Shown in pieces: positions 1 through 8,984 of a stretch of 18,948 nt of DNA. A model generated the notes under the pieces. That model saw only the letters and a program-made list of their open reading frames with translations, did not search any database and had not been told where the DNA came from. How positions within the stretch are numbered: the stretch's first letter is position 1; each line of letters starts with the position of its first letter. The stretch comes from Phycisphaeraceae bacterium (GTDB taxonomy: Bacteria; Planctomycetota; Phycisphaerae; Phycisphaerales; Zrk34), in NCBI GenBank assembly GCA_040905565.1, contig JBBDRF010000040.1, positions 16,942 through 35,889 of the forward strand, read 5' to 3'. The position numbers were made by a program, and so were the translations under genes.

Positions 1-16
1 CCCCCGCGGCTATGGG

Positions 17-886
17 CTATGAACCGAGGACGTATTTGTGGAGCGTGTGGGCGACGCCGTCTTCGTCGTTGGAGGGGGCGTGAACGTCGGCGACCTGCTT
101 CACGGTCGGCCAGGCGTTCCGCACCGCCACGCCGAGGCCGGCCCAGCGGAGCATGCGGATGTCGTTGGGCGCGTCGCCGATCGCCAGCACCTCGTGACGC
201 GGGATGTTCAGCTCGGTAGCCACCTGCTCCAAAGCGACGGCTTTGTCGCAGGCGACGTGCATCAACTGCATCAGGTGATGGTCGCTGAGGGCCATGCCGA
301 CCTTCCCCGCAAAGCGTTTTTCGACCACGGTGCGAAGCTTCAAAAGCCGTTCGCGCGGGGCGTGCAGCATCATCTTGGTCACGGGGACGGTCATGAACGC
401 CTGCAGCGGGCCGATCACGTCGGGGTTGAACTTCAGGCTGGTTTCGGTCGGCAGCTTCGGGTCGTAATAGTCGGTGTACCAGCGGTCGAGGATCTCCAGG
501 CTGACCACGCAATCGGGGTCGGCACGGCGGGCGACGCGCACCAGCTTACGGACCAAGGGGACTGCGAGCGGGCGGTGGAAGACGTGGCGCGACTTGCCGA
601 AGTCGTGGATCAACGCGCCGTTATAGTGGATGGAGACAGCCTGGAGACCGAGGATTTCCCAGATGGGTTTGACCGCACGCGGGGGCCTGGCGGTGGCGAG
701 GACGACATGGATGCCGCGCTCCAGGCACTGCTGCACCGCCCGGCCGGCCGTCGCGGTGAGGCGTTTGTCGGAGCGCAGCAACGTGCCGTCGAGGTCGATC
801 GCGACAAGGCGGTACGGCCCCACAGCGGACGAAGCCGCAGCTGGTGAGCCGATGGGCGCGATCGCGTCAGCCGCCTGTGAATTCAT
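17..886 (-). CDS. Cof-type HAD-IIB family hydrolase (289 aa)
   Basis: Motif I AIDLDGTLL, motif II LATAR, and DKAVAL and AIGDAPNDIRML motifs. ATG at 886 has AGGGG upstream and a TACAAT -10-like hexamer at 935-940. The longer ORF-track extension to 2398 is the antisense shadow of mscS. Confidence 0.93.
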   Translation of the reverse strand: MNSQAADAIAPIGSPAAASSAVGPYRLVAIDLDGTLLRSDKRLTATAGRAVQQCLERGIHVVLATARPPRAVKPIWEILGLQAVSIHYNGALIHDFGKSRHVFHRPLAVPLVRKLVRVARRADPDCVVSLEILDRWYTDYYDPKLPTETSLKFNPDVIGPLQAFMTVPVTKMMLHAPRERLLKLRTVVEKRFAGKVGMALSDHHLMQLMHVACDKAVALEQVATELNIPRHEVLAIGDAPNDIRMLRWAGLGVAVRNAWPTVKQVADVHAPSNDEDGVAHTLHKYVLGS

Positions 887-1018
887 GTCGAAAGCCCCTG
901 CTCTCCCCGCATCCCCGGAAAGTGCGTCCGCCGTATTGTAGCCGCTTGACGCCGTTACGCCGCGCTGCATCGGCGCGGGGCGGTGTGGGGCATCTTGGAT
1001 TTTTGTATCATGTCCGCC

Positions 1019-2383
1019 ATGGCACACGAAAAGAGAGACGGCAGCGGGCGATGGTTGGCGCTCGGTGCGCTGCTCGGCGCTTTGCTGTTCGCAGCTTTGC
1101 CCGTGATGGCGCAGGACCAGACCACGCAAGCGGAACCTGCCACGGTTGAAGTCGTCGAGGAGGTGCCACAGGACGCGGAGCAGACGACCCTCGAGGTCAC
1201 CACCGCGACCGGTGAGGAGGACGACGAAGCGGGCGTGGATTTCGAAGAAGAACTGCGTGCCCTGAGCGACAACGCATGGTGGCGATGGCTGATCCTGCTG
1301 GGGCTGATCTTCATCGGGCTCATTCTCGGCAAGGTCGTGCAGTCGGTGCTGCAGCGTGTGGGCGAGAAGATGGACGGCCGAGGCTGGACCGCCCGCAGTG
1401 AGTTCTTCACCGATGCGGCCAGCCCTGTGAAGCTGCTGGTTTTTACGATCGCCCTGTCGTCGGGCCTCGCGCAGCTTCAGATGGGCGAGGCCGTTCGCGA
1501 CATCACGCTCAAAGCGCTGCAACTGCTGATTTACATTTCGATCTTCTGGTACGCGTTCAATCTCGTGGCGATCGTCGAGGTGCTGCTCGGGAAGGTCGCT
1601 GAGAAGTCCGACAACAGCCTTAACAAGCAGCTCATCCCGATCATCCGAAAGACCCTGCGGGTTTTCCTGATCGTGGTGGCGACGCTGTTCATCGCTCAGA
1701 ATATCTTCGGCCAGCAGATCGGTGCGTGGCTGGCTGGTTTTGGTATCGCGGGTTTGGCGGTTTCGCTGGCGGCGCAGGATTCGCTGAAGAACCTGTTCGG
1801 CTCGATCACGATTCTGCTGGATCGGCCGTTCCAGGTGGGCGACCGCATCAAGTACGACGAGTTCGACGGGATCGTCGAGGACATCGGCTTCCGCTCGACG
1901 AAGGTGCGGACGCTGGCGGGGCATCTGGTGACGGTGCCGAACTCGAACATCGTGAACGATCCGATTGAGAACGTGACGAAGCGGCCGACGATTCGGCGGA
2001 TCATGAACATCACGATCACTTATGACACGCCGCCGGACAAGATTCGGCAGGCGGTGCAGATCCTCCGCGACATTCTCGACGAAGAGGGGATTCGCGAGCC
2101 GCTGCATCCGGTGGTGAACGGCGACGAGTTGCCGCCGCGTGTTTTCTTCAACGAATTCAACGACATGTCGCTGAACATCTTCCTGATCTACTGGTACGGC
2201 CCGCCGGTGTGGTGGGATTTCCTGGAGCACGGCGAGCGGCTGAACCTGCAGATCTTCGAGGAATTTGAGAAGGCCGGCATCGACTTCGCCTTCCCCACGC
2301 AGACGCTGCACCTGGCGAACGATCCGAAGCGCCAGCTCGCGATCCAGATGCTCGGCAACACGCCCGGCGGCGGCGAAGAGTAA
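1019..2383 (+). CDS. mscS: MscS family mechanosensitive channel with N-terminal signal-like segment and acidic linker
   Basis: GIAGLAVSLAAQDSLKNLFGSITILLDRPFQVGDRI, IGFRSTKVRT, VTVPNS and GIDFAFPTQTL are MscS signatures. Start 1019 chosen because TATCAT (1006-1011) lies 7 nt upstream; 1010 is an alternative. Confidence 0.93.
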   Translation: MAHEKRDGSGRWLALGALLGALLFAALPVMAQDQTTQAEPATVEVVEEVPQDAEQTTLEVTTATGEEDDEAGVDFEEELRALSDNAWWRWLILLGLIFIGLILGKVVQSVLQRVGEKMDGRGWTARSEFFTDAASPVKLLVFTIALSSGLAQLQMGEAVRDITLKALQLLIYISIFWYAFNLVAIVEVLLGKVAEKSDNSLNKQLIPIIRKTLRVFLIVVATLFIAQNIFGQQIGAWLAGFGIAGLAVSLAAQDSLKNLFGSITILLDRPFQVGDRIKYDEFDGIVEDIGFRSTKVRTLAGHLVTVPNSNIVNDPIENVTKRPTIRRIMNITITYDTPPDKIRQAVQILRDILDEEGIREPLHPVVNGDELPPRVFFNEFNDMSLNIFLIYWYGPPVWWDFLEHGERLNLQIFEEFEKAGIDFAFPTQTLHLANDPKRQLAIQMLGNTPGGGEE

Positions 2384-2388
2384 AGCCC

Positions 2389-2419
2389 CGAAGCCCACGG
2401 CGACACGCCGTGGGCTTCG
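2389..2419. repeat. REP-like perfect palindrome, 14-bp arms and 3-nt loop
   Basis: CGAAGCCCACGGCG-ACA-CGCCGTGGGCTTCG, 5 nt after the mscS stop, with no U-tract. Confidence 0.7.
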
Positions 2420-2433
2420 CTCACAATCGGCGC

Positions 2434-2486
2434 AAAAGAAGAAGCCCGCGGATGGTTTGACGCATCCGCGGGCTTCTTTGTTTTTT
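2434..2486. terminator. Bidirectional intrinsic terminator between convergent mscS and groEL
   Basis: 16-bp stem AAGAAGCCCGCGGATG / CATCCGCGGGCTTCTT with an 8-nt loop, A-rich on the left and TTTGTTTTTT on the right. Confidence 0.85.
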
Positions 2487-2577
2487 GATGCCCCCGCAGC
2501 TCGGGTGGTCGCTTTGGGGGGGCAATCTATATGGAAACCCGCGCTAACTCGGCGAGCCGAGCGGCGGGGCTGGGAGC

Positions 2578-4200
2578 TTAGTACTCCGCGTCTTCCATGC
2601 CGCCCTTGCTCTTCTTGTCCTTGATCTCGGAGATCATGGCGTCGGTCGTGAGCAGCAGGCCTGCGATGGAAGCGGCGTTCTGGAGGGCGGTGCGCTCGAC
2701 CTTGGTCGGCACGAGGACGCCCATCTTGATCATGTCGCCGTATTCCTGCGTCAGCGCGTTGTAGCCGAACGCGGTTTCGCTGGATTCTTCGACTTTCTGG
2801 GCGACGATGGAGCCGTCTAGGCCGGCGTTCGCTGCGATCTGACGGATCGGAGCGGCCACGGCCCGGTAGACGATGTCGACGCCGACCGCTTCGTCGCCGC
2901 TGACCGTTTCGCGCAGCTTCGTGAGCACCCGACGGGCCCGCAGCGGTGCGACGCCGCCGCCTGGAAGGATGCCTTCTTCGACTGCAGCGCGGCAGGCGTG
3001 AACGGCGTCTTCGACACGGCCCTTCTTCTCTTTCATCTCCGATTCGGTGGCAGCGCCGACCTGGATCTGCGCCACGCCGCCGGAGAGCTTGGCCAGGCGC
3101 TCCTGGAGCTTCTCGCGATCGTAATCGCTGGTCGTGTTGTCGATCTCAGCCTTGATCGCTTCGATGCGGCCCTTGATGTCGGCGGGCTTGCCGGCACCTT
3201 CGATGATCGTGGTGGCTTCCTTGTCGATGGAGACCTTCTTGGCGCGGCCGAGGTCGGTCAGCTCCAGTTTCTCCAGGTCGATGCCGAGCTCTTCCATGAT
3301 GGCCGTGCCACCGGTGAGCGTCGCGATGTCCTGCATCATGGCCTTGCGGCGATCGCCGAAGCCAGGCGCCTTCACCGCGGCAACCTTGAGGATGCCACGC
3401 AGCTTGTTGATGACCAGCGTCGCCAGCGCTTCGCCGTCGACGTCTTCGGCGATGATGATCAGGCCCTTGCCGGCCTCGGCGACCTTGCCGAGGATGGGGA
3501 GCAGGTCTTTCGCGTTGGAGAATTTCTTCTCGTAGATCAGGATGAACGCGTCTTCCATCTCGGCGGTCATCGCGGCGGTATCGGTCACGAAGTGCGGCGA
3601 GAGGTAGCCCTTGTCGAACTGCATGCCTTCGACGAGCTCAACGCGGGTTTCCAGGCTTGAGCCCTCTTCCACGGTGATGACGCCGTCCTTGCCGACCTTG
3701 TCCATCGCCTCAGCGATGATCTTGCCGACGTTGGTGTCGTGGTTGGCCGAGCAGGTGCCGACCTGGGCGATTTCCTTGGAGGTTTCGACCTTGCGGGACA
3801 TGTTGTGCAGTTCGCCGACGAACGCTTCGATGGCCTTGTCGATGCCGCGGCGGATGGCGTTGGCGTTCGCGCCGGCGGTGACGTTCTTCAGGCCTTCGTC
3901 GAAGACCGACTCGGCGTAGATCGTGGCGGTCGTGGTGCCGTCGCCTGCGACGTTGGAAGTCTTGCTGGCGACTTCCTTGACCATCTGCGCGCCCATGTTT
4001 TCGTAGGGATCTTCGAGCGTCACTTCGTTGGCGACGGTCACGCCGTCTTTGGTGACGGTCGGGGAGCCGAAGCTTTTCTCGAGGACGACGACCCGGCCGG
4101 ACGGGCCGAGGGTGACCTTCACTGCGTGAGCGAGTTTGTGGACACCGCGGCGAATTGCATCGCGTGCCTCGGCGTCAAAAAGAATCTTCTTCGCGGCCAT
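2578..4200 (-). CDS. groEL: Chaperonin GroEL (540 aa)
   Basis: [60 protein letters not shown] and [19 protein letters not shown] upstream. Confidence 0.99.
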   Translation of the reverse strand: MAAKKILFDAEARDAIRRGVHKLAHAVKVTLGPSGRVVVLEKSFGSPTVTKDGVTVANEVTLEDPYENMGAQMVKEVASKTSNVAGDGTTTATIYAESVFDEGLKNVTAGANANAIRRGIDKAIEAFVGELHNMSRKVETSKEIAQVGTCSANHDTNVGKIIAEAMDKVGKDGVITVEEGSSLETRVELVEGMQFDKGYLSPHFVTDTAAMTAEMEDAFILIYEKKFSNAKDLLPILGKVAEAGKGLIIIAEDVDGEALATLVINKLRGILKVAAVKAPGFGDRRKAMMQDIATLTGGTAIMEELGIDLEKLELTDLGRAKKVSIDKEATTIIEGAGKPADIKGRIEAIKAEIDNTTSDYDREKLQERLAKLSGGVAQIQVGAATESEMKEKKGRVEDAVHACRAAVEEGILPGGGVAPLRARRVLTKLRETVSGDEAVGVDIVYRAVAAPIRQIAANAGLDGSIVAQKVEESSETAFGYNALTQEYGDMIKMGVLVPTKVERTALQNAASIAGLLLTTDAMISEIKDKKSKGGMEDAEY

Positions 4201-4281
4201 ATTCTGAATCTCCTGGCGTGTTGCCCTGAATTACGTGTGTTGCAAATGCGGCGAAAGCCGCGACGCGTGGCGTCGCAGGTC

Positions 4282-4572
4282 TCAGCCGACGATGGCGAGG
4301 ATGTCGTCTTCGTTGACGATGAGCATGTCGTCGCCGTCGACTTTGATTTCCGAGCCGCCCCACTTGTTGAGCAGGACGGTGTCGCCCTTTTTGACGTCGG
4401 GGGTGTGGCGTTTGCCGGTCTTCTCGTTGAGCCGGCCTTCGCCGACTTCGATGACCTTCGCCTGCTGAGGTTTCTCAGCTGCGGTGTCGGGCAGGAAGAT
4501 GCCGCTGTCGGTTTTGGTTTTGGCTTCGAGGCGCTTGACGAGGATCTTGTCGCCGAGGGGCTTGACCTTCAT
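4282..4572 (-). CDS. groES: Co-chaperonin GroES (96 aa)
   Basis: MKVKPLGDKILVKR, TDSGIFLPDTAAEKPQ, VKKGDTVL and EDDILAIV. SD AAAGGAG precedes the ATG at 4572. Confidence 0.98.
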   Translation of the reverse strand: MKVKPLGDKILVKRLEAKTKTDSGIFLPDTAAEKPQQAKVIEVGEGRLNEKTGKRHTPDVKKGDTVLLNKWGGSEIKVDGDDMLIVNEDDILAIVG

Positions 4573-4600
4573 AGGTGGGAACTCCTTTGTCGGGCCTGAT

Positions 4601-4629
4601 TTGGCAGGCCTCTGGTCCGTGAGTGTTAA
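4601..4629 (-). promoter_or_regulatory. Degenerate CIRCE-like inverted repeat (possible HrcA operator) upstream of groES
   Basis: Minus strand TTAACACTC-N11-GCCTGCCAA versus consensus TTAGCACTC-N9-GAGTGCTAA. One arm matches 8/9, the other 6/9, and the spacer is 2 nt too long. Confidence 0.35.
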
Positions 4630-4669
4630 CTGTTTCAATCCATCGATGCCGATCCTGCGGACCGGACGT

Positions 4670-5179
4670 TTATCTGTGTTCGTCGGGATCGTTGGTCCCG
4701 GGCCAGCGGCCGCCGTAGTGCCGCTCGATCAAGCGCCGAAGCACCTCCAGGAGCTGCTCGAGCTGAACCGGCTGATCGAGGACGCTGAACGCCTGTAGAC
4801 GCAGCGCCTCGCTGAGGAGCCGATCGTCGTGGCGTCGATCGAAGCGCCTGCCACGCACGACGACGGTCGGCGGGGCCGGCTCAAGCCGACGGATCACGCG
4901 AAGCAGCTTCAAACCGCCTGTGCCGCCCTGCGCCTGTTCCGAGGCGAGGGCACGGTCGTCGGCGTCATCAAGCCGGGCCATCGGCACCGCCATGTCAACC
5001 ACGACGGCATGCACCGGACCCTGCCGAATCACGCGGACGGCCTCGTCGACATCCGTCGCGATGATCGCCCGGACGCCCTGAGGCTGAAGCAAACGCGGCA
5101 GCTGCTGCACCCACGATTGCTCGCCCTCGGTCATCAGAACGTTCAGGCGACTGTCTCGTTCAGAACGTACCGCAGGCAC
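4670..5179 (-). CDS. Single-domain atypical response-regulator receiver protein (169 aa)
   Basis: REC-fold pattern LNVLMTEG...HAVVVDMAVP...GGLKLLRVIRR...PPTVVV...EALRLQAFSVLDQPVQLEQL. GTG at 5179 with AAGGAG 8 nt upstream. Confidence 0.8.
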   Translation of the reverse strand: MPAVRSERDSRLNVLMTEGEQSWVQQLPRLLQPQGVRAIIATDVDEAVRVIRQGPVHAVVVDMAVPMARLDDADDRALASEQAQGGTGGLKLLRVIRRLEPAPPTVVVRGRRFDRRHDDRLLSEALRLQAFSVLDQPVQLEQLLEVLRRLIERHYGGRWPGTNDPDEHR

Positions 5180-5378
5180 AGTGTCAGCTCCTTCCCCATG
5201 CAACGGAACAAAACCGATGCTAGAAGCCGAGGCACAGCGAAGCCGAACCCGTTCATGCAAACACAGTCGATAAGGCTGGTTAGGTATAGATGCCGTGCCC
5301 GCCGCCCGACGCATCGGCTGCCATGTGCGGGCATGTGCGGCTCGGAAGGTGCCAACCTGGCAGGCGAAGGGGGGGGCT

Positions 5379-5536
5379 GCCTTGGCGAGCGGGAAGCGTG
5401 AGCGACCGTCCGTCGGGCGCTGCGGCGGCTGCAGACCTGCGTTGGGACACTCAAGCATTTGGATGGAGATACTTACGCTGCGATGGCATCTGATCGTTCG
5501 GCAGGACGGTCGCTTACGCGTCCCGCTCGCCAAGGC
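5379..5536. repeat. REPIN/MITE-like element with 33-bp inverted arms and a 92-bp spacer
   Basis: 5379-5411 GCCTTGGCGAGCGGGAAGCGTGAGCGACCGTCC matches the reverse complement of 5504-5536 at 31/33. It ends 1 nt from the stop codon at 5538. Confidence 0.8.
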
Positions 5537-5537
5537 G

Positions 5538-6437
5538 CTACTCGCGCTCGGCCTCGGCGCGGAGTTCTTCGTTGATGGCCACGGCGGCGATGGCGCCTTC
5601 GCCCGCGGCCACGATGGCGAACTGCACATCGCGTGAGGCGTCGCCGGCCACCCAGACGCCCGGCACGTTTGAACGCTCCTTTTCGCCTGTCTCCACGACG
5701 CCGGGCCTCAACATGCGGCAGCCCATCCGCTCGGGCAGGTCCGAGCCGCGCTGGGCGGAGGCGCAGAACATGGCACTGCACGCAAGCGCTTCGCCCTCAC
5801 GAAAAGCGATGTAACGGAGACGGTCGCCGTCGGCGATCAGCCTGACGATACGCTGAGGTCTGAGCACGACTTGGGCGCGCGAAAGGCGTTGCCGGTCGCC
5901 CCGGCCGAGGCCGCAGGGACCGTCGGTGCAGAGCGTGACATGCCGCGTCCACGTCTTCAGTTTCAACGCCAGGCTGATGCCCGCCTCGCCGCGGCCGTAG
6001 ACGGCCAACGGCTGATCCTTCCACTCCCATCCGTCGCAATACGGACAGTGATGGACGCTCTTGCCCCACAGCTTGGCCAGGCCCCGCACCCGAGGCAATT
6101 CGTCGACAATCCCGGTCGCCAGCAGCATCTTTCGGCTGTTCACCACGCGGCCGCCGGCGAGGGTGGCCACGAAGCGCCGACCGGGCTGTTCGCACCGGGC
6201 ATCGACGACCCGCTCCTCGGCCAGTTCCACGCCGTAACGGGCCGCTTCCTCCCGGCCGAGGCGTTGAAGCTCCTGCGGCTGGATGCCGTCGTGTCCCAAG
6301 TAGTTATGTAACCCCTCCGACGCAGCATTACGCGGTTTTCCCTCGTCGCAGAGCAGGACCTTCCGTCGGCACCGCCCCAGTACCACCGCCGCGCTCAGCC
6401 CCGCCGGGCCGCCTCCCACAATGATCACATCGTACAT
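5538..6437 (-). CDS. NAD(P)/FAD-dependent oxidoreductase, thioredoxin-reductase-like (299 aa)
   Basis: DVIIVGGGPAGLSAA FAD motif, LLATG, redox CPYC (HHCPYCDGWE) and SNVPGVWVAGD. Confidence 0.92.
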   Translation of the reverse strand: MYDVIIVGGGPAGLSAAVVLGRCRRKVLLCDEGKPRNAASEGLHNYLGHDGIQPQELQRLGREEAARYGVELAEERVVDARCEQPGRRFVATLAGGRVVNSRKMLLATGIVDELPRVRGLAKLWGKSVHHCPYCDGWEWKDQPLAVYGRGEAGISLALKLKTWTRHVTLCTDGPCGLGRGDRQRLSRAQVVLRPQRIVRLIADGDRLRYIAFREGEALACSAMFCASAQRGSDLPERMGCRMLRPGVVETGEKERSNVPGVWVAGDASRDVQFAIVAAGEGAIAAVAINEELRAEAERE

Positions 6438-6486
6438 ACCTCATTCTATCGCCGGCCCGCCGGATGTGCCTGCAGATACCACATTC

Positions 6487-7245
6487 CTAGCTCATCAGGA
6501 CCATCACCAGCACGGCGGTTTCGATGAGGAAGATGAAGACGACGGCTTCGATCGTCTCGGAAAGCTCGAGCTTGAAGAAGTAGCTTACCGTGACCCATAA
6601 GGTCAGCACCGGGGCGAGCAGCAGGGCGAAGATGGCAGCAAGCAGGGCGCGGAAGACGGAGGCGAAGGCCTCGAGGTAGCCGCCGCCTTCGGGAGCGCTG
6701 AGGCCGGTGACGCTACCCATGGTCAGCCGGACGAGCAGAAGCGTCGCGGCGATGGCGCCTGCTTTGAGGATCTGCCGGCGGACCTGGTCGCCGAAGTCCA
6801 GCCCGCCGAACTTCTCCAGGCCGAGCATGGCGATGAAGATCGCCCCGCCGCTGACCGCGACAAGCGAGATGAAGCCGATCACCGTGGTGAGCCCCCCTAC
6901 CGCCAGCCCCGTTGCCACCAGCAGAAATCCCACGCCCCCCAGCACAACGATCGGCATGATGGTATCGCGGAGATGCCGTTGTCGGCGTTCGCCGGACTCT
7001 TCGATGCCCCCCGCCCGGCTGCCGGTCCGAGGCAGATGCTCGGGATCGACACAAATCCCCTTGCATACCCGGCACGAGGCGAGCGTCCCCTCCTTGGCTG
7101 GGTAAATGTGCACGCAGTCGTCACACCGCCACGCGTCGCACGCATCGCAACGCCAGTGGGCCACGGCTTCGGGATGCTCAGCACACAGCGACACGGTCGG
7201 CGGCGGCGTGGGCGTCGCTTCAGGCGGTCGGCCGGATTTCTCCAA
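6487..7245 (-). CDS. Membrane protein with N-terminal B-box-like Cys/His zinc finger and about 5 TM helices
   Basis: CAEHP..WRCDACDAWRCDDC..SCRVCKGIC followed by hydrophobic segments. TTG start at 7245 chosen for the GGAGGT SD 5 nt upstream; the ORF track starts at 7302. Confidence 0.65.
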   Translation of the reverse strand: MEKSGRPPEATPTPPPTVSLCAEHPEAVAHWRCDACDAWRCDDCVHIYPAKEGTLASCRVCKGICVDPEHLPRTGSRAGGIEESGERRQRHLRDTIMPIVVLGGVGFLLVATGLAVGGLTTVIGFISLVAVSGGAIFIAMLGLEKFGGLDFGDQVRRQILKAGAIAATLLLVRLTMGSVTGLSAPEGGGYLEAFASVFRALLAAIFALLLAPVLTLWVTVSYFFKLELSETIEAVVFIFLIETAVLVMVLMS

Positions 7246-7357
7246 TTGCCACCTCCCCCCCCCACCGTTGCCGCACAAAATCCATGGCCCGTGTTTCGTC
7301 ACGCCCGAGACAGCCCGGCCGTCTCGCTTCGCTCGCTGGCCGGGGCACCCTCAGACG

Positions 7358-8605
7358 TTACGGCTTCGGCGTGGTCGCGGAGGGATGCTGCACACGCAGC
7401 AGTTCGACCGTTGGCAGCGGGCCGAGGATCGGCTTGGCGTAGGTGCGGAAGTCGTCGGAGATGTCGTTGCCGTTGACGACCCACTCGGTCGGCAGGTGAC
7501 GCGTCTTGGCAGCGATGTCGGTGAGCTTCACCAGCGTGTAGGCCACGTTGTAAGGCTCGTCGCTGGTGCGCTGGATGGCGATGGAGCCGTCGAGGTCGCC
7601 CATCAGCGCGACCTCCGCCGCCTTGCGCCCAGCTTCACGCGCCTCGATGCGATCGGAGGGGCTCACGCAGCCGGCGAAGCTTCGCTGCACGTAGCCGAAC
7701 GTATCCGCCCGCACCCGCAACTTCTTGCCGAGGTTGTTCTTGATGTGGATCGCGAGGAAGTCGCCCAGCGCTCCCGAGCCTGAGAGCTGCACGTTGCCGT
7801 GGGCGTCGCGCTCGACATGATGGCCCTGCTCCTCAGCCAGGCGTGCGCCCATCGAGGTGCCGTTCGCGTCGGAGATGCCCTCGGAAACCGCGATCAGGCA
7901 CCGGCCGTGCTTGGCGTACACGCGGTCGACGTCGGCGAGGAACTTCTCTTCATCGAACGCCACTTCGGGCACGTAAATCAGGTGCGGACCGTCGTCAGGG
8001 TTCTGCCTGGCCATCACCGAAGCGGCGGTGAGGAAGCCCGCGTGCCGGCCCATCACCACGTTCAGCTTGATGCCCGGCAGGGCACGGTTGTCGAGATTGT
8101 CGCCCATGAACGCCTGGGCCACGTACTTCGCCGCCGAGCCGAAGCCGGGCGTGTGGTCGTTCAGCACGAGGTCATTGTCGATGGTCTTGGGAATGTGGAA
8201 GCAGCGCAGTTCGTAGCCGGCCTCGTTGGACATCTCGTTCATGATGCGGCAGGTATCGGAGCTGTCGTTCCCGCCGATGTAGAAGAAGTAGTGCACGTCG
8301 TTGCGAGCGAACACCTCGAAAATCTTGCGGCAGTACTCTTCGTCAGGCTTATCACGCGAAGACCCGAGCGCTGCGGAGGGCGTGTCGGCGATGCGGTCCA
8401 GCCGATCCTGCGGGATGTCCTGAAGCTCGATGAAGTCTTCGTTGAGCATGCCGCGCACCGCATGGTGAGCACCCAGGATCTTGTTCACATGGGCCGACTC
8501 TTTGAGAACCTCAACACAGCCGACGAGCGACTGGTTGATCACGGCCGTGGGGCCGCCTGACTGGCCGATGACGGCGTTGCCCTTGATGAGTCCGGATGCG
8601 GTCAT
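7358..8605 (-). CDS. pfp: 6-phosphofructokinase, probably pyrophosphate-dependent (415 aa)
   Basis: GQSGGPTAVIN, IGGNDS, PKTIDNDL, VMGRHAGFLT and AVSEG. Asp in GGND and Lys in PKTIDND indicate PPi specificity. SD GAGGA before the ATG at 8605. Confidence 0.92.
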   Translation of the reverse strand: MTASGLIKGNAVIGQSGGPTAVINQSLVGCVEVLKESAHVNKILGAHHAVRGMLNEDFIELQDIPQDRLDRIADTPSAALGSSRDKPDEEYCRKIFEVFARNDVHYFFYIGGNDSSDTCRIMNEMSNEAGYELRCFHIPKTIDNDLVLNDHTPGFGSAAKYVAQAFMGDNLDNRALPGIKLNVVMGRHAGFLTAASVMARQNPDDGPHLIYVPEVAFDEEKFLADVDRVYAKHGRCLIAVSEGISDANGTSMGARLAEEQGHHVERDAHGNVQLSGSGALGDFLAIHIKNNLGKKLRVRADTFGYVQRSFAGCVSPSDRIEAREAGRKAAEVALMGDLDGSIAIQRTSDEPYNVAYTLVKLTDIAAKTRHLPTEWVVNGNDISDDFRTYAKPILGPLPTVELLRVQHPSATTPKP

Positions 8606-8680
8606 GCGTGTATTCCTCGTGCTGGATTGGTGAGATGCGAGTCGAAAACGCGCGGCTACCGCGCTGCTCCGACCGGTTCG

Positions 8681-8708
8681 ATCATAAAGATTTTGCACGT
8701 CCCGGCAA
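8681..8708 (-). promoter_or_regulatory. Putative sigma70 promoter of pfp
   Basis: TTGCCG-N16-TATGAT on the minus strand, about 75 nt upstream of the ATG. Confidence 0.5.
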
Positions 8709-8759
8709 GCTGCCGCGCCGCTCCCTGACCACCCCGCCGGCGACGCTGCCTATCCGACA

Positions 8760-8984
8760 CGGAGCACAACACTTCCACCGCTGCCGACAACTTATCCACA
8801 TTCACGCCCACAAGCCGCCTCAACGCAGTGGGCAAGTCTATATCCACATGAAAAGCAACCGCTTGTGATCAGAGCCCGCACTTGTGAAGCCTGAAGTGGT
8901 AAGGGCTGCGGAACGAGGTCGAAAATGATCGCTCCCACCGCACATCCACAACGCTAACGTTTGGCATGGCTACGGTTATCGACG
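8760..8984. promoter_or_regulatory. Cluster of DnaA-box-like 9-mers
   Basis: Perfect TTATCCACA at 8792-8800; ATATCCACA 8840-8848; ACATCCACA 8942-8950; TTATCGACG 8976-8984; reverse TTGCCCACT 8827-8835; further CACA/TGTG cores near 8765, 8809, 8864 and 8883. Confidence 0.55.

Noticed and set aside
887..2398. N-terminal 500 aa of the 793-aa minus-strand ORF, an apparent fusion to the HAD hydrolase
   Set aside because: It is antisense to mscS in the codon-mirrored frame, a typical high-GC shadow ORF. The HAD gene has its own start at 886.
4248..4277. Two small hairpins between groES and groEL as an RNA thermometer
   Set aside because: They do not sequester the groEL SD and lack ROSE or fourU features.
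2998..4599. Plus-strand ORFs of 220 and 286 aa opposite groEL/groES
   Set aside because: Antisense shadows of strongly codon-biased genes, with no motifs or start signals.
5180..5629. Upstream extension of the receiver ORF (319 aa in the track)
   Set aside because: It runs through the palindromic element and overlaps the oxidoreductase. The SD supports GTG at 5179.
7313..7346. CCCGGCC...GGCCGGG hairpin after pfp as a terminator or REP
   Set aside because: Short stem, large loop and no U-tract; not distinguishable from chance in GC-rich DNA.
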